Positions 40,793 to 51,721 of a DNA stretch of 64,000 nt are shown here, piece after piece (position 1 is the stretch's first letter; every line of letters begins with the position of its first letter). The translations under genes and the position numbers were made by a program. Below the pieces are notes generated by a model, which saw only the letters and a program-made list of their open reading frames with translations, made no database searches and was not told where the DNA came from. This DNA comes from an uncultured Noviherbaspirillum sp. (lineage in GTDB: Bacteria > Pseudomonadota > Gammaproteobacteria > Burkholderiales > Burkholderiaceae_D). The stretch is taken from positions 6,962 through 70,961 of the forward strand of contig CBHCMF010000001.1 of assembly GCA_965974465.1 (NCBI GenBank), written 5' to 3'.

Positions 40793-41179
40793 ATGACCAT
40801 GACTCATACATTGATAAGGACTTACGACAGTTTGTCGGCGGCACAGCATGCGCGCGAACAGCTGCTCGGTGCTGGCTTTCCCGAAGAAAGCGTGCATCTT
40901 GAGTCACGCATGGACGAAGCTGGTCCGGTGGAAAATAATTTCATTCTCGATGAAAAGGACAGAGGCCAAGGGCCACGCGAGGGGTCGCTGTACAAGCTGT
41001 TCGGCACCGAAGAGCGCACCGATGCCTACGGCGATGCAACCCCGGTGTGGCGTGGCAGCGTCCAGCTTAGCGTCGATACGAATGATGATGCGCAAGCTGC
41101 ACGTGCCATCAACATCATGAACAGCACCGGTGCGCTTGATGTTGAAGCATCGAATGCTTGGCGCAAGCGCGAGAGTTGA
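40793..41179 (+). CDS. Hypothetical protein (general-stress/YflT-like pattern)
   Basis: TLIRTYD...AQ.A...L..AGF....V, then LSV......RA..IM...GA.DV. Confidence 0.65.
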   Translation: MTMTHTLIRTYDSLSAAQHAREQLLGAGFPEESVHLESRMDEAGPVENNFILDEKDRGQGPREGSLYKLFGTEERTDAYGDATPVWRGSVQLSVDTNDDAQAARAINIMNSTGALDVEASNAWRKRES

Positions 41180-41191
41180 GCGGTCCTGACG

Positions 41192-41479
41192 TTACTTGGA
41201 TAGAAGACTGTAGGGCAAGCGGCATTTTGCGCGCCGGTCTCCCATCAGTCGGCGCAGTTCATCGATGCCGATGCCGGTCGCTTCATGTATCCACAGCAGC
41301 ATGGAGCCGCACACTGGTAGACGACCGGTGCGGATATTGTTGAGCACATGTCGGGTTACTTTGAGCTTGCGCGACAGAGCGCCGTCGCAGTGAAGATTCC
41401 AATGTTGCTTAAGGGTATTCAGTAGATTGTTGGGATCGTAAACATCCTGTGCTAGAGAAGGTGTTGCAGTTTGAGTCAT
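41192..41479 (-). CDS. Small XRE-like helix-turn-helix protein
   Basis: DGALSRKLKVTRHVLNNIRTGRLPV..SMLL.IHE.TG....ELR; RBS AAGGA. Confidence 0.7.
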   Translation of the reverse strand: MTQTATPSLAQDVYDPNNLLNTLKQHWNLHCDGALSRKLKVTRHVLNNIRTGRLPVCGSMLLWIHEATGIGIDELRRLMGDRRAKCRLPYSLLSK

Positions 41480-41954
41480 TACTTTCCTTATGCCATACAA
41501 AAATTGCGATGTAGGGAAGAATGGACATAATGGAAACCGTGAAGTTCCAACCAAGCGTGGATATGGAATGCATTGTGGCAATAGAGGGGATTCTTCGTTT
41601 GCTGCTTCGTTGCTCTTATGGCAGATTTTCCCTCCCTATTGGGTTTGGTTTCACAAAAAACCTCCCTGAATGAGCAATTGTAGGAAGACATTAATTTTTG
41701 CAAATCTTCATTGGAATAGGATTCAAACCCCTCTTCTTATAAGAGATATCGGCTTGCCCACAACCGTTTATCCCTACGTCCCTCCTGTATTTGGTATGAC
41801 AGAGTACCTTGTTGGCAACATTTCTGTTTTTGCGAAGAAAAGATCATGGTTTATCCACTTTTTATAAGGGCTGAACAGCCGTATGATCTTGCTGTTGTGA
41901 CAGATCCGGCTTTACTCTACCGGCGCGCACACGTTAATCAAACCTGGAGGAAAA

Positions 41955-42881
41955 ATGAAAAAATTCTTGATTACCCTGATGGTTGCAGTCAGCGCACTGT
42001 CAGTCACCGTGTCCGAAGCGCAGGCCAAGCGCATGGGCGGCGGCGGATCGTTTGGCAAGCAATCGCAAAACGTCAGCCGTCAGTCAGCAGCGCCGGCGCA
42101 AAACCAGGCGGCCCCTACGATGGCCAAACCTGCGACGCCCGCGAATACACCCGCAACGCCCGCTAAGCCGGCAAGCCCCTGGAAAGGCATTCTCGGTGGC
42201 GCACTGCTGGGCCTCGGTCTTGGCGCATTGCTGTCCCACTTCGGCCTTGGTGGTGCCATGGCTAGCATGATCAGCACCCTCCTGATGGTTGCCCTGCTTG
42301 CGGCAGCGGCATTCTTCATCTATCGCATGCTGACACGCAAGCGTGATGGCAATGCCTATGCGAAGAGTGGCTTGCAGCCGGCCTATGCTGGTGGCAATAC
42401 GCCAGCGTTCCGCACGCCGGAAATTGGCTCGCGCCTGGAACCGACGTCGTTGCAATCATCGTCGCTGGCTTCTGGAAGCGCTGTTACCGAGAACGCGCAG
42501 TGGGGTGTGCCGGCGGACTTCGATACCGCAGGTTTCCTGCGCCATTCGAAGACCTACTTCATCCGTCTGCAGGCTGCTTGGGACCGGGCCGACGTCAACG
42601 ACCTGCGTGAATTTACCGCGCCGGAATTGTATGCTGAGATGAAGCAGCAACTGCTGGAGCGTGGTGCATCAGCCAACCACACCGATGTGGTGACTCTGGA
42701 TGCGCAATTGCTGGGCATTGAAACAATCGGCAACGAGTATCTCGCCAGCGTTAAATTCTCCGGTATGATCCGCGAGTCAGAGAATGCACCGGCTGAGCCG
42801 TTCAATGAAGTGTGGAACCTGTCTAAGCCGGTAAGCGGCGCGGGCGGCTGGATTCTGGCAGGAATTCAGCAAGTCTCTTAA
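41955..42881 (+). CDS. Tim44-like domain protein
   Basis: AKRMGGGGSFG, FIRLQAAWD, ASVKFSGMIRE, EVWNLSK...W.LAGIQQ. Confidence 0.92.
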   Translation: MKKFLITLMVAVSALSVTVSEAQAKRMGGGGSFGKQSQNVSRQSAAPAQNQAAPTMAKPATPANTPATPAKPASPWKGILGGALLGLGLGALLSHFGLGGAMASMISTLLMVALLAAAAFFIYRMLTRKRDGNAYAKSGLQPAYAGGNTPAFRTPEIGSRLEPTSLQSSSLASGSAVTENAQWGVPADFDTAGFLRHSKTYFIRLQAAWDRADVNDLREFTAPELYAEMKQQLLERGASANHTDVVTLDAQLLGIETIGNEYLASVKFSGMIRESENAPAEPFNEVWNLSKPVSGAGGWILAGIQQVS

Positions 42882-42894
42882 ATTACGCAAGCTG

Positions 42895-42928
42895 ATGAAA
42901 AAGGGCCGGGAAACCGGCCCTTTTTCAT
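42895..42928. terminator. Rho-independent terminator (bidirectional form)
   Basis: ATGAAAAAGGGCCGG-GAAA-CCGGCCCTTTTTCAT directly after the Tim44-like gene. Confidence 0.88.
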
Positions 42929-43194
42929 TTTTACACTCATGCAGTGTATTGCCCCAGCGACTTGTTGACCTAACTTAATACGCAAACACTTTGCAATCAT
43001 CGATAATTCTAAGGAGAGATGCACTGCTTCATGTTTCTTCTGTCACAAACAGAAACATGCTAACTGTCCGAACCTGGTCCAACGGCGGTAGTCGAATAAG
43101 CGATAAGCCAAGCGCGTCATTACAAATCAAATAGCTTAAGTCTACGATACGCGCTTGTATAGTATGTTTCGGAAACGGCGTGAAGGAGAGGGAT

Positions 43195-43863
43195 GTGGGC
43201 ATACTGGGCACCCTTCTGGGCAAGCGTGAGCCTGTAGTCGAATATCGTACCGTCGACGGCGGTCATCCGGCCCCCTATCCCGACATGACCGATGAGCAGC
43301 TTTACAACTATGAAGTAACATTCAACGTTCCACGTCGGACATTTGATCAGCCACCGCGTTCCTTCCAGGTGGAGAACAGCGATGCCGCAACGGAAAAAGG
43401 GGCTTCGGAAACGGAACCTAGGTGCGAGCCGCAACAGGAGAAAACCTTAAATGCGCCGCGCTACACTACTATGGAGCAGATCCCGGAGGAACGGCCTCCG
43501 GTCACTACGCAAGCAGAACTGCCGCCGCTTGATTTCGGCAAACCGATGCGCTTGATTACCTCAAAACAGCCGGTTGAAATCATCACTACGCGCGCCCGGC
43601 ATCCTATCTATAAGGTACATGGCTATATCGGCAACGACGACGTCGTGACGGTATTTACTCTGGATGGCCAACTGTCGGAAAATGGGCCGCGCTTCCTCGA
43701 AAACGTACCGCAACGGCAGCAGTTGTACGTGAACGTGTACCTCAACCAGGACTTACGTAGCAGCGACCGCTACACGATAACTCAGCATGACACAAAAGAG
43801 CAGGCGGATGCGGCAGCTAAGCCAGGCCGCATCGCCTGCGTACCGCTGCAGTTTGATCTTTAA
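43195..43863 (+). CDS. Hypothetical protein
   Basis: Long ORF with GGAGAGG RBS and GTG start; disordered middle and globular C-terminus. Confidence 0.65.
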   Translation: MGILGTLLGKREPVVEYRTVDGGHPAPYPDMTDEQLYNYEVTFNVPRRTFDQPPRSFQVENSDAATEKGASETEPRCEPQQEKTLNAPRYTTMEQIPEERPPVTTQAELPPLDFGKPMRLITSKQPVEIITTRARHPIYKVHGYIGNDDVVTVFTLDGQLSENGPRFLENVPQRQQLYVNVYLNQDLRSSDRYTITQHDTKEQADAAAKPGRIACVPLQFDL

Positions 43864-44013
43864 GATTTCCTCCTCCATGCGCCTGTCCAGGCGCTAATGT
43901 GCCTCTGGCCGGCACAAACCATACGGTCCGTCTCGCGTTGCCTTTCCTTCACTCATGCGACAATTGCCTCGATATGTCGTAAGCTTCAGCATTCCGAAAA
44001 CCAATAAAACATC

Positions 44014-45027
44014 ATGCTTGAACAAAACAGAATCCCTTCAACGGTCATTGCTTCTTATTTGCTAGCCGCTGCCGCGTTGTTCCTGGTGCTGTATAAGGGG
44101 TTGTTGGCAGCATTGTTTTCCGGATTGCTGGTGTATTCGCTGGTCCATGTTCTGGCACCGGTGCTGGGTAAGAACTTCAGCGACCAGCGGGCACGGATGA
44201 TCGCGGTCGCCCTCCTCGGCACTTTGATTGTTCTGTTACTGTCGCTTGCGGTATGGGGGGTGGTTGGCTTCTTCCAAAGCGATGCTGGAAGCATCGAGGT
44301 ATTGCTGAAAAAGATGGCGGACATTATCGAAAGCTCGCGCAGCCAGATGCCGCGTTGGCTAAAGGATTTCGTGCCCGCAAATGCAGAGGCAATTCGTGAA
44401 GCGATTACCAACTGGCTGCGTGCGCATGCGGTGCAGGCGCAGACGATTGGACAGCAAGCCGGACGCGTGATTGCACACTTGCTGGTGGGGATGGTGATCG
44501 GCGCGATGGCTGCGCTGTATGACACAACCGCCCGCCCGGTGTATAAGCCGCTTGCCGCCGCCCTGCATGCACGCGTAGTCAATCTGCACAAGGCCTTCCG
44601 CAGCATCGTGTTCGCACAAGTGCGGATTGCAGCAATCAATGCTGTATTCACGGCAATCTATCTTGCTGTCATTCTGCCATTGGCCGGTATTCATTTGCCA
44701 TTAACCAAGAGCATGATCGCCATTACTTTTTTTGCTGGCTTGTTGCCAGTGATCGGCAATCTGATCTCCAATACCGTGATCGTGATTGTAGGGCTGTCCC
44801 ATTCATTGACTATCGCGCTTACATCCTTGCTGTTCCTCATCGTGATTCACAAACTGGAATACTTCCTGAACGCAAAGATCATCGGTTCGCATATCAATGC
44901 GCGTGCTTGGGAACTTCTGGCCGCGATGTTGGCAATGGAAGCGATCTTCGGCTTGCCAGGTGTCATCGCTGCGCCGGTGTTTTACGCGTACGCCAAAAAA
45001 GAATTGTCAGATCGCGGCCTTGTTTGA
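44014..45027 (+). CDS. AI-2E family transporter
   Basis: Multi-TM; FAQVRIAAIN, GLLPVIGNLISN, HKLEYFLNAKIIG. Confidence 0.88.
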   Translation: MLEQNRIPSTVIASYLLAAAALFLVLYKGLLAALFSGLLVYSLVHVLAPVLGKNFSDQRARMIAVALLGTLIVLLLSLAVWGVVGFFQSDAGSIEVLLKKMADIIESSRSQMPRWLKDFVPANAEAIREAITNWLRAHAVQAQTIGQQAGRVIAHLLVGMVIGAMAALYDTTARPVYKPLAAALHARVVNLHKAFRSIVFAQVRIAAINAVFTAIYLAVILPLAGIHLPLTKSMIAITFFAGLLPVIGNLISNTVIVIVGLSHSLTIALTSLLFLIVIHKLEYFLNAKIIGSHINARAWELLAAMLAMEAIFGLPGVIAAPVFYAYAKKELSDRGLV

Positions 45028-45114
45028 GAACAAAGAGGAAACTTTTTGGCTTCTCCATGGATCGCATGAATAGGGCATATATGCCCTATTCATGCAATCA
45101 ACCGGAGAAAACAC

Positions 45115-45411
45115 ATGTCGAATCTCAAGAGACCGTCCGAGGAGGATAGCAAGAAGAAGCAACCATATGAACAGCCCTCGTCGTATGGCGACGATTCAAA
45201 GTCTGTGACGCCAAAGGATGTGTCTTCACAGGATGCCTCGTACCGCGACGTCACTGAGAGAAAAGTCGCCTCGGATGACACCGACGAGAAGGTAGAAGAA
45301 CAGCTCGATGATGCGGTGGAAATGACCTTTCCTGCCAGCGATCCAATCGCAATACCGGGACCGGACCGCGAACTCGAAAAGCGCAGACTCAACCAGCAGA
45401 ACCAGCGATAG
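45115..45411 (+). CDS. Small acidic hydrophilic protein with LDDAVEMTFPASDP motif
   Basis: RBS GGAGA; 98 aa. Confidence 0.72.
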   Translation: MSNLKRPSEEDSKKKQPYEQPSSYGDDSKSVTPKDVSSQDASYRDVTERKVASDDTDEKVEEQLDDAVEMTFPASDPIAIPGPDRELEKRRLNQQNQR

Positions 45412-45428
45412 TGGGGAGCGCTGCCGGA

Positions 45429-46502
45429 CTACTTCAGGCGTGCCGGCAGTACCTCGCGCAGCAGCGCGTCTGCGTTACGCAGCATCTTTTCCGTCGTTTC
45501 CCAGTCGATGCAGCCGTCAGTCACCGAGCAACCGTAGACCAGCTTGGATAAGTCTTCCGGAATCGTCTGTTTGCCTCCGACGAGGTTGGATTCGATCATC
45601 ACCCCTACAAGCGACTTGTTGCCGAACCGAACCTGATTCACCACGTCAGCCATAACGAGGGGCTGTAGGTCGGGGTTCTTGAAGCTGTTCGCATGGGAGC
45701 AGTCGACCACGATGTTGGCCGGCAGTTTTGCTTTTATCAACGCCTGTTCGGCCATTGCCACCGATACCGTATCGTAGTTGGGCCGACCGTCGCCGCCGCG
45801 CAGCACCACGTGACCGTAACGGTTACCACTCGTGCGCGCGATCGATACACGGCCCTGGCCATTGATGCCAAGGAAGGAATGCGGCTGCGATGCGGACAAG
45901 ATCGCGTTGATGGCAATGTTGATATCCCCGTCCGTGCCATTCTTGAAGCCGACGGGGGTCGATAGGCCGGATGACATTTCGCGGTGCGTCTGCGATTCCG
46001 TGGTGCGTGCGCCGATCGCGGTCCAGGAGATCAGATCGCCGAGGAATTGCGGCGAGATGGGATCGAGCGCCTCGGTCGCGGTCGGCAAGCCAAGTTCGCA
46101 AACGTCGAGGAGGAACTGACGCGCATTCGCCATGCCGCGCTCGATATGGAAGGAATCGTCCATGTCCGGGTCGTTGATATACCCTTTCCAACCCGTGGTG
46201 GTGCGCGGCTTTTCAAAATAGACACGCATCACCAGCAGCAGGGTGTCCTTCACTTCTTCCTGCAGCTTGTTCAGGCGACGCGCGTAGTCGAGGCCGGCAG
46301 CCGGATCATGGATAGAACAAGGACCAACCACCACGAACAGTCGTGGATCCTTGCGATCGAGGATATTGCGCAGCGCTTCACGCCCTTGCATCACGACAGT
46401 GCCCGCCCTGTCCGTCAGTGGCAGTCGCGCATGCAACTCTTCGGGTGTGGGCATTTGGTCGAAGGAAGTGATGTTTACGTTTTCAATATTGAAAGTGGTC
46501 AT
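45429..46502 (-). CDS. aroG: Class I-alpha DAHP synthase
   Basis: VVVGPCSIHD, MRVYFEKPRTT.GWKG, AIGARTTESQTHRE, GFKNGTDG, DCSHANS, SVTDGCI. Confidence 0.93.
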   Translation of the reverse strand: MTTFNIENVNITSFDQMPTPEELHARLPLTDRAGTVVMQGREALRNILDRKDPRLFVVVGPCSIHDPAAGLDYARRLNKLQEEVKDTLLLVMRVYFEKPRTTTGWKGYINDPDMDDSFHIERGMANARQFLLDVCELGLPTATEALDPISPQFLGDLISWTAIGARTTESQTHREMSSGLSTPVGFKNGTDGDINIAINAILSASQPHSFLGINGQGRVSIARTSGNRYGHVVLRGGDGRPNYDTVSVAMAEQALIKAKLPANIVVDCSHANSFKNPDLQPLVMADVVNQVRFGNKSLVGVMIESNLVGGKQTIPEDLSKLVYGCSVTDGCIDWETTEKMLRNADALLREVLPARLK

Positions 46503-46685
46503 GATCAGCGGCCTTGTAAGCAGAGGCTTGGACTCTCTCCGCAAGCGGAAAGGACACAGGAAAAAATCGACAGTGTACCTTGTACCAGGAAAGGGATTGC
46601 CATCTGGCGTCGAGAAACAGGATATGATTCTTCGCCATTGATGACGTGATAATGCCCTTGTCCTTCAACTCACTCGAAATACAAC

Positions 46686-46988
46686 ATGATTCTTGAACTC
46701 GCTGACATTCGCATCCAGCCCGGCAAGCAAGCCGAATTCGATATCGCGATCCAGCGCGGCCTGGACCAGGTAATCTCCAAGGCCAAAGGTTTTTGCGGTT
46801 ATAAAGTTAACAAAGGCGTTGAATCTCCCGAGCGCTATCTACTGATGATTTTCTGGGAAACGCTGGAAAATCACACCGTCGATTTTCGTCAATCTCTCGC
46901 TTTTACCGAATGGCGCAGCATCGTCGGTCCGTTCTTCGCAGGCCCGCCAACCGTCGAGCACTTTACGCTGCTGGCCAAGTCAGATTGA
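46686..46988 (+). CDS. Antibiotic biosynthesis monooxygenase (ABM) family protein
   Basis: MILELADIRI.PG...F, WETLENHTVDFR.S..F.EWR. Confidence 0.9.
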   Translation: MILELADIRIQPGKQAEFDIAIQRGLDQVISKAKGFCGYKVNKGVESPERYLLMIFWETLENHTVDFRQSLAFTEWRSIVGPFFAGPPTVEHFTLLAKSD

Positions 46989-47227
46989 GCGCATATACTG
47001 ATAAGCGTCGCGGAGGGGCGTACCATTTGTCAGAACGATACTTGCAGAGCATGTCAGATTTCATCCTACAAATGAGGTGCCTTCTCTAGAAAAGACAGAG
47101 GGAAAATAGTGACCGGTGGTGATGGTGCCATTTGCATGAATTCGAATCATTTCTTATCCCAGAGTGATATGATCGTGATTCAGGGCATCAAGCCATCCAC
47201 CCACATTGCCAGTGAGGTCGAACAAGA

Positions 47228-47788
47228 ATGTCTTTTAATGCTGACGCACTCACACTGACGCTCCTCGCCGTCCTTGCCGCGCTCATCATCGGCATTCTCG
47301 TATATGCCGCTACTGTCCAGCTCAAGACACGCCGCGCCAACCGCAACGCGATGGGCATCCGTGTCACCCTCATCGAATATTTTCGTCGCAGCGGTGTCGA
47401 AGTGTCGGCCGACGTTTTCAGCCTCGATGGCGAGCACTACACTGCAGTGGTTGAGTCGGAGCCGATGAAGCGCTTCCGTCTGTCCCATATCATCGAAATG
47501 ACGCTGCGTGAGCACGTACGCAAGTCCTGCGGACTGGAGCTGGACAAAGTCTACTGGCGCTTCCCGATCAAAGAGGCCACGCAAGTGGTGACCATGCCGA
47601 CCGCAGCGGACGGCATGTTGCCAGAAGCGCAAAGTGATGACAGGAAGCCTGACGAGACCTCAGACGAATACATCAATGAAGGTCTGGAAAATTACCGACA
47701 TATTCCCAAGCCCGAGGTAACCGAGTTGTCCTGGGAAACCTTCGAACAGATGGCTACGGTCAACCGCGACAAGCCTGATGCGAAGTGA
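47228..47788 (+). CDS. Hypothetical membrane-anchored protein
   Basis: N-terminal TM, 186-aa ORF. Confidence 0.7.
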   Translation: MSFNADALTLTLLAVLAALIIGILVYAATVQLKTRRANRNAMGIRVTLIEYFRRSGVEVSADVFSLDGEHYTAVVESEPMKRFRLSHIIEMTLREHVRKSCGLELDKVYWRFPIKEATQVVTMPTAADGMLPEAQSDDRKPDETSDEYINEGLENYRHIPKPEVTELSWETFEQMATVNRDKPDAK

Positions 47789-48046
47789 TCCTTCAAGTCC
47801 GCTTCATTCACCCTCCTTCACAGCAACTCTCTCGCTCATCGCTGGCAAATATCCCGCCGTACATGTTTCCTTTGCTTTACTGGCGCTAAGTGCTAGCCGT
47901 GGGAACTAGTGCTGCTTATCGTTTGACTAACAGAATTCCTTAGAAGTGCGCGGCCGGCTGGTGTGTCGATGCCGCCGAAGGTTTTTGTTATCCGTTAGTC
48001 CAGGTAATGCAACATCGCCGTAAGCGGCTAACGCAACGGAGAAAAG

Positions 48047-49081
48047 ATGATGCAAGATAAAACAGCAAATCCGACCCCATTGGGACGGGAGCGCTTACCG
48101 CACATCAATGAGCCTCCCATCGAGCAATATCAGCAGGTCAGCCCCGCTTACGATACCTTCTACCGATCCCCCAAATCCGACCGTGCTGAACAGCTTGCCA
48201 AAGCACTCGGCTGGTTCAGCATTGGCATCGGTCTCGCGCAATTGCTTGCGCCGCGTGGCGTATCGCGTGCTACCGGCATGCCGGAACGGCCGGGGATGAT
48301 GCGCGCTTTCGGCGCGCGCGAGATTGCCAGCGGCATTGGCATCCTAAGTCAACGTAGACCGGCCAATTGGCTGTGGATGCGAGTGGCTGGCGACGCAATA
48401 GACTTGGCGATGCTTGGCCTCGCCGCACGCTCATCGCCCCAGAACCTGCGCCGCCGTGTGGCTCTGGCCACTGGGGCTGTCGCCGGCATTGCCTTGCTTG
48501 ATGTGATCGCCAGCATGGACAACACCCAGCGCAAGCAAATGGTGCAGGGAGCGAGCGTTACTGGCGAGGTACGACTTGAAAAGAGCATTGCGATCAGCCG
48601 TTCGCCGGAGGAGTGCTACCGCTTCTGGCATGACTTCGAAAGCTTCCCGCGTTTCATGCGGCATGTGGAGTCAGTGCAGCGCACAGGAGAAAATCGCATG
48701 CATTGGAAAGTCACTGGTCCGGCAGGTAGCACCGTCGAATGGGATGCCGAACTGATTGCCGATGAGCCCGGCCGGTATGTTGCATGGCGTTCGCTGGAAG
48801 GTTCGCAGGTCGAAAATGCCGGTACTGTGCGTTTCGAGCCCGCACCGGGTGGACGCGGCACTATCGTACGCGTAATGATGAGCTACAGCCCCCCAGGTGG
48901 TGTTGCTGGTGCGCTGGTGGCAAAGCTGTTTGGTGAAGAACCATCGCAGCAGATCGAAGAAGATCTGCGCCACTTCAAGTCACTAATCGAAACGGGTGAA
49001 ATTCCTACGACCACTGGCCAACCTGCCGGTCCACGCGGTGTCGTCAATCGCCTGCTGTTCAGGAAAGGAGCGCCGGGATGA
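48047..49081 (+). CDS. SRPBCC/polyketide cyclase family protein
   Basis: [40 protein letters not shown]-like [20 protein letters not shown]. Confidence 0.9.
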   Translation: MMQDKTANPTPLGRERLPHINEPPIEQYQQVSPAYDTFYRSPKSDRAEQLAKALGWFSIGIGLAQLLAPRGVSRATGMPERPGMMRAFGAREIASGIGILSQRRPANWLWMRVAGDAIDLAMLGLAARSSPQNLRRRVALATGAVAGIALLDVIASMDNTQRKQMVQGASVTGEVRLEKSIAISRSPEECYRFWHDFESFPRFMRHVESVQRTGENRMHWKVTGPAGSTVEWDAELIADEPGRYVAWRSLEGSQVENAGTVRFEPAPGGRGTIVRVMMSYSPPGGVAGALVAKLFGEEPSQQIEEDLRHFKSLIETGEIPTTTGQPAGPRGVVNRLLFRKGAPG

Positions 49082-50247
49082 GAGCAAGCGTATGGCACGG
49101 TAAAAAAGATGTGCGGATCGACAGCGTGCCCGATCCAGAGATCATCAATCCGCGCGATGCCATCGTGAAGATTACGTCGACAGCAATCTGCGGTTCCGAT
49201 CTGCATCTGTACAACGGCTTTGTCCCGACCATGGAAAAAGGTGACATCATCGGCCACGAATTCATGGGCGAAATCGTCGACCTTGGGCCTGAGGTGAAGA
49301 ACCTGAAAATCGGCGATCGCGTTGTCGTGCCCTTTCCCATTGCGTGCGGCAATTGCTTCTTTTGCCAGGAGAAATTGTATTCTGTCTGCGAGAACTCCAA
49401 CCCCAATGCATTGATGGCGGAAAAGCTGTGGGGGCATTCCCCGGCCGGCATCTTTGGCTATTCGCACCTGACGGGCGGCTATGCGGGCGGTCAAGCCGAG
49501 TACGCCCGCGTGCCGTTTGCTGATGTGGGGCCGATCAAAATCCCGGACGGCATGACTGATGAGCAAGTGTTGTTTCTTTCTGACATTCTGCCCACCGGCT
49601 ATATGGCCGCAGAAGCATGCGAAATTAAGCCAGGCAGCGTGGTGGCGGTATGGGGATGCGGTGCGGTCGGACAGTTCGCCATCCAGAGTGCCTACCTGCT
49701 TGGTGCGGAACGCGTCATCGGCATTGACCGTTTCCCGGAACGCTTGCGCATGGCACGTGAAAAGTCGAACGCGATTACGCTTGATTATGAAGAAGTCGAT
49801 GTCACCTCGGCATTGAAGGACTTGACCGGCGGGCGCGGCCCTGATGCATGTATCGATGCAGTCGGCATGGAAGCACATGGCATGGGCATCATGGGAGCCT
49901 ACGACCGTGTGAAGCAGGCGATCGCGCTGGAAACGGACCGCCCCGTGGCATTGCGGCAGGCACTGATGGCTTGCCGCAATGGCGGTGTGGTCTCCGTTCC
50001 CGGTGTGTATGGCGGATTCCTCGATAAGGTGCCGTTTGGCTCGCTGATGAACCGGTCGCTGACCATCAAGACGGGGCAGACGCATGTGCAGCGCTACATG
50101 CAGCCGTTGTTAGAGCGAATTCAAAGAGAAGACATCGATCCAACAGCGGTCATTACGCACCGTCTATCACTGGACGACGCGCCGCACGCCTACGACTTGT
50201 TCTGCAACAAGCAGGATGAGTGCATCAAGGTCGTGTTAAAGCCGTGA
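49078..50247 (+). CDS. Zinc-dependent alcohol dehydrogenase (formaldehyde dehydrogenase-like)
   Basis: ICGSDLH, GHEFMG, CGNCFFC, SDILPTG, GCGAVG; 4-nt overlap with SRPBCC. Confidence 0.93.
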   Translation: MRASVWHGKKDVRIDSVPDPEIINPRDAIVKITSTAICGSDLHLYNGFVPTMEKGDIIGHEFMGEIVDLGPEVKNLKIGDRVVVPFPIACGNCFFCQEKLYSVCENSNPNALMAEKLWGHSPAGIFGYSHLTGGYAGGQAEYARVPFADVGPIKIPDGMTDEQVLFLSDILPTGYMAAEACEIKPGSVVAVWGCGAVGQFAIQSAYLLGAERVIGIDRFPERLRMAREKSNAITLDYEEVDVTSALKDLTGGRGPDACIDAVGMEAHGMGIMGAYDRVKQAIALETDRPVALRQALMACRNGGVVSVPGVYGGFLDKVPFGSLMNRSLTIKTGQTHVQRYMQPLLERIQREDIDPTAVITHRLSLDDAPHAYDLFCNKQDECIKVVLKP

Positions 50248-50375
50248 AGGCACCCAGATCGGATGGCGCGGCGTACGGCACTTGCTCGCATAAGTGAAAC
50301 GAAGGTTGGCTCAGGATGAGAACGTGGTTATTGCAATATCATCATCGTCAGTAATGCGGCATGCCGGCCGTATCG

Positions 50376-50684
50376 CTATGGCAAGGTTTGCTTTCTGATG
50401 ATTGCCGTGGCGCGATGGGAAAGGCGAGCCTGCAGACCATACGACAGCACGATTATTTGCGCGATGGCGTTCAGGCTAGCCACCATCGCAATCAGGTAAC
50501 TCTTTACTACGTATAACGCGTAGACGACGGTGATTGCTGCAATTGCTAACCAGCCTGTCCAGGACACCAGTGAGATCGATAGGCGCGCCTGGCTGTCGCG
50601 ATGGTATTTCAGAATTTGTGGCACATACAAACCCGCTGCGGCGAAGCCGGATACTCCATATAAGACGCTTAATAATTGTTCCAT
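50376..50684 (-). CDS. Small 3-TM membrane protein (PQ-loop-like)
   Basis: YVPQILK...SISL.SW; three hydrophobic helices; start chosen downstream of the ORF-track start. Confidence 0.6.
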   Translation of the reverse strand: MEQLLSVLYGVSGFAAAGLYVPQILKYHRDSQARLSISLVSWTGWLAIAAITVVYALYVVKSYLIAMVASLNAIAQIIVLSYGLQARLSHRATAIIRKQTLP

Positions 50685-51038
50685 GATTTCCCGCAGCATG
50701 GCGCTGGTTCTCTTTGCGTTGCACCTGAAACTGCGCGACGATTCTAATCGTTGTTTTGCACAGGGAAATATTCTGCCGGAGAAAATTTTGTGAGGGATCG
50801 TAACCGTGTCATGCCTATCGCATGTACTGGACGTGGGGGAATGTCGGCGCGCGGCGATGACCATGGTGATTCGGAAAGTTTTTGACCAACCTGACTTTTG
50901 CACTTTCAGAAAGGTTTTGGCCTTTAGGCCCAGTACGGTGAAGGAACTTGTGTTCGCACAATTACGCGCGCCCAGACGCATTGAATAATAACCGTTGAAA
51001 AATGGAACGCGCGCCATGGCGGCGCAAGGGAGCGAAAA

Positions 51039-51710
51039 GTGAAGCACGCGGCCAATGCAGAGTACAGCAGCCTTCCAGCCCGTGGGCTGACAGAAAAGAT
51101 TCTGTCATCGCAGCGACGCAAAATGTTCGACGCCTTCATGATGTTCAGACAAGGGCCTGCAACTGAGGCAGTACTCCATCTTTACATGAGGCCGACGCCA
51201 CCATTCGGGAACACTGACTATCTGAGCGCCTGGAGTGATCCGCAGGCCAAAATACATATCACCGCATGCGAAATGGAGCCCCCGGTCGCAGGCAGGAAAA
51301 CGCAGGACACACGCCTAGCTTATGGCGATGGGGCGTTCGACTGGGTGTTCTGTAATGAAGTGCTGGAGCATGCCGGTCCAGCAGAGCGGCAATATGCATT
51401 GGTGCATGAACTGTATCGCGTAGCGCGCAAAGGCGTATTTCTGACCACCGCCAATCGCCGCCATCCCCTCGAATTCAAGACGGGGATACCTCTTCTCCAT
51501 CGACTGCCTGACGCCTGGTGGCGACGCCTCCTCAAATGGATTGGAAAGAGTGAGTGGGCATCCGAGTCCATGCTCAATCTGCTCGACGCCTCGGCGCTCT
51601 ATCGCATTGCCAGCCTGTTGCCAGGCAAACCAGCGCACGACGTTGGACACAAGCGCGTATTTGGCATCAAGGCGCATTTCTTCTTGATGATACAGAAGCA
51701 GAAAGTTTGA
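51039..51710 (+). CDS. Class I SAM-methyltransferase-like protein (degenerate motif I)
   Basis: LAYGDGAFDWVFCNEVLEH, ELYRVARKGVFLTT.NR..P.E; the expected DxG motif is replaced by LHLYMR. Confidence 0.72.
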   Translation: MKHAANAEYSSLPARGLTEKILSSQRRKMFDAFMMFRQGPATEAVLHLYMRPTPPFGNTDYLSAWSDPQAKIHITACEMEPPVAGRKTQDTRLAYGDGAFDWVFCNEVLEHAGPAERQYALVHELYRVARKGVFLTTANRRHPLEFKTGIPLLHRLPDAWWRRLLKWIGKSEWASESMLNLLDASALYRIASLLPGKPAHDVGHKRVFGIKAHFFLMIQKQKV

Positions 51711-51721
51711 CTACTTCTGGT

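Noticed and set aside
48883-50085. 400-aa antisense ORF
   Set aside because: Shadow of the Zn-dehydrogenase, with no motifs of its own
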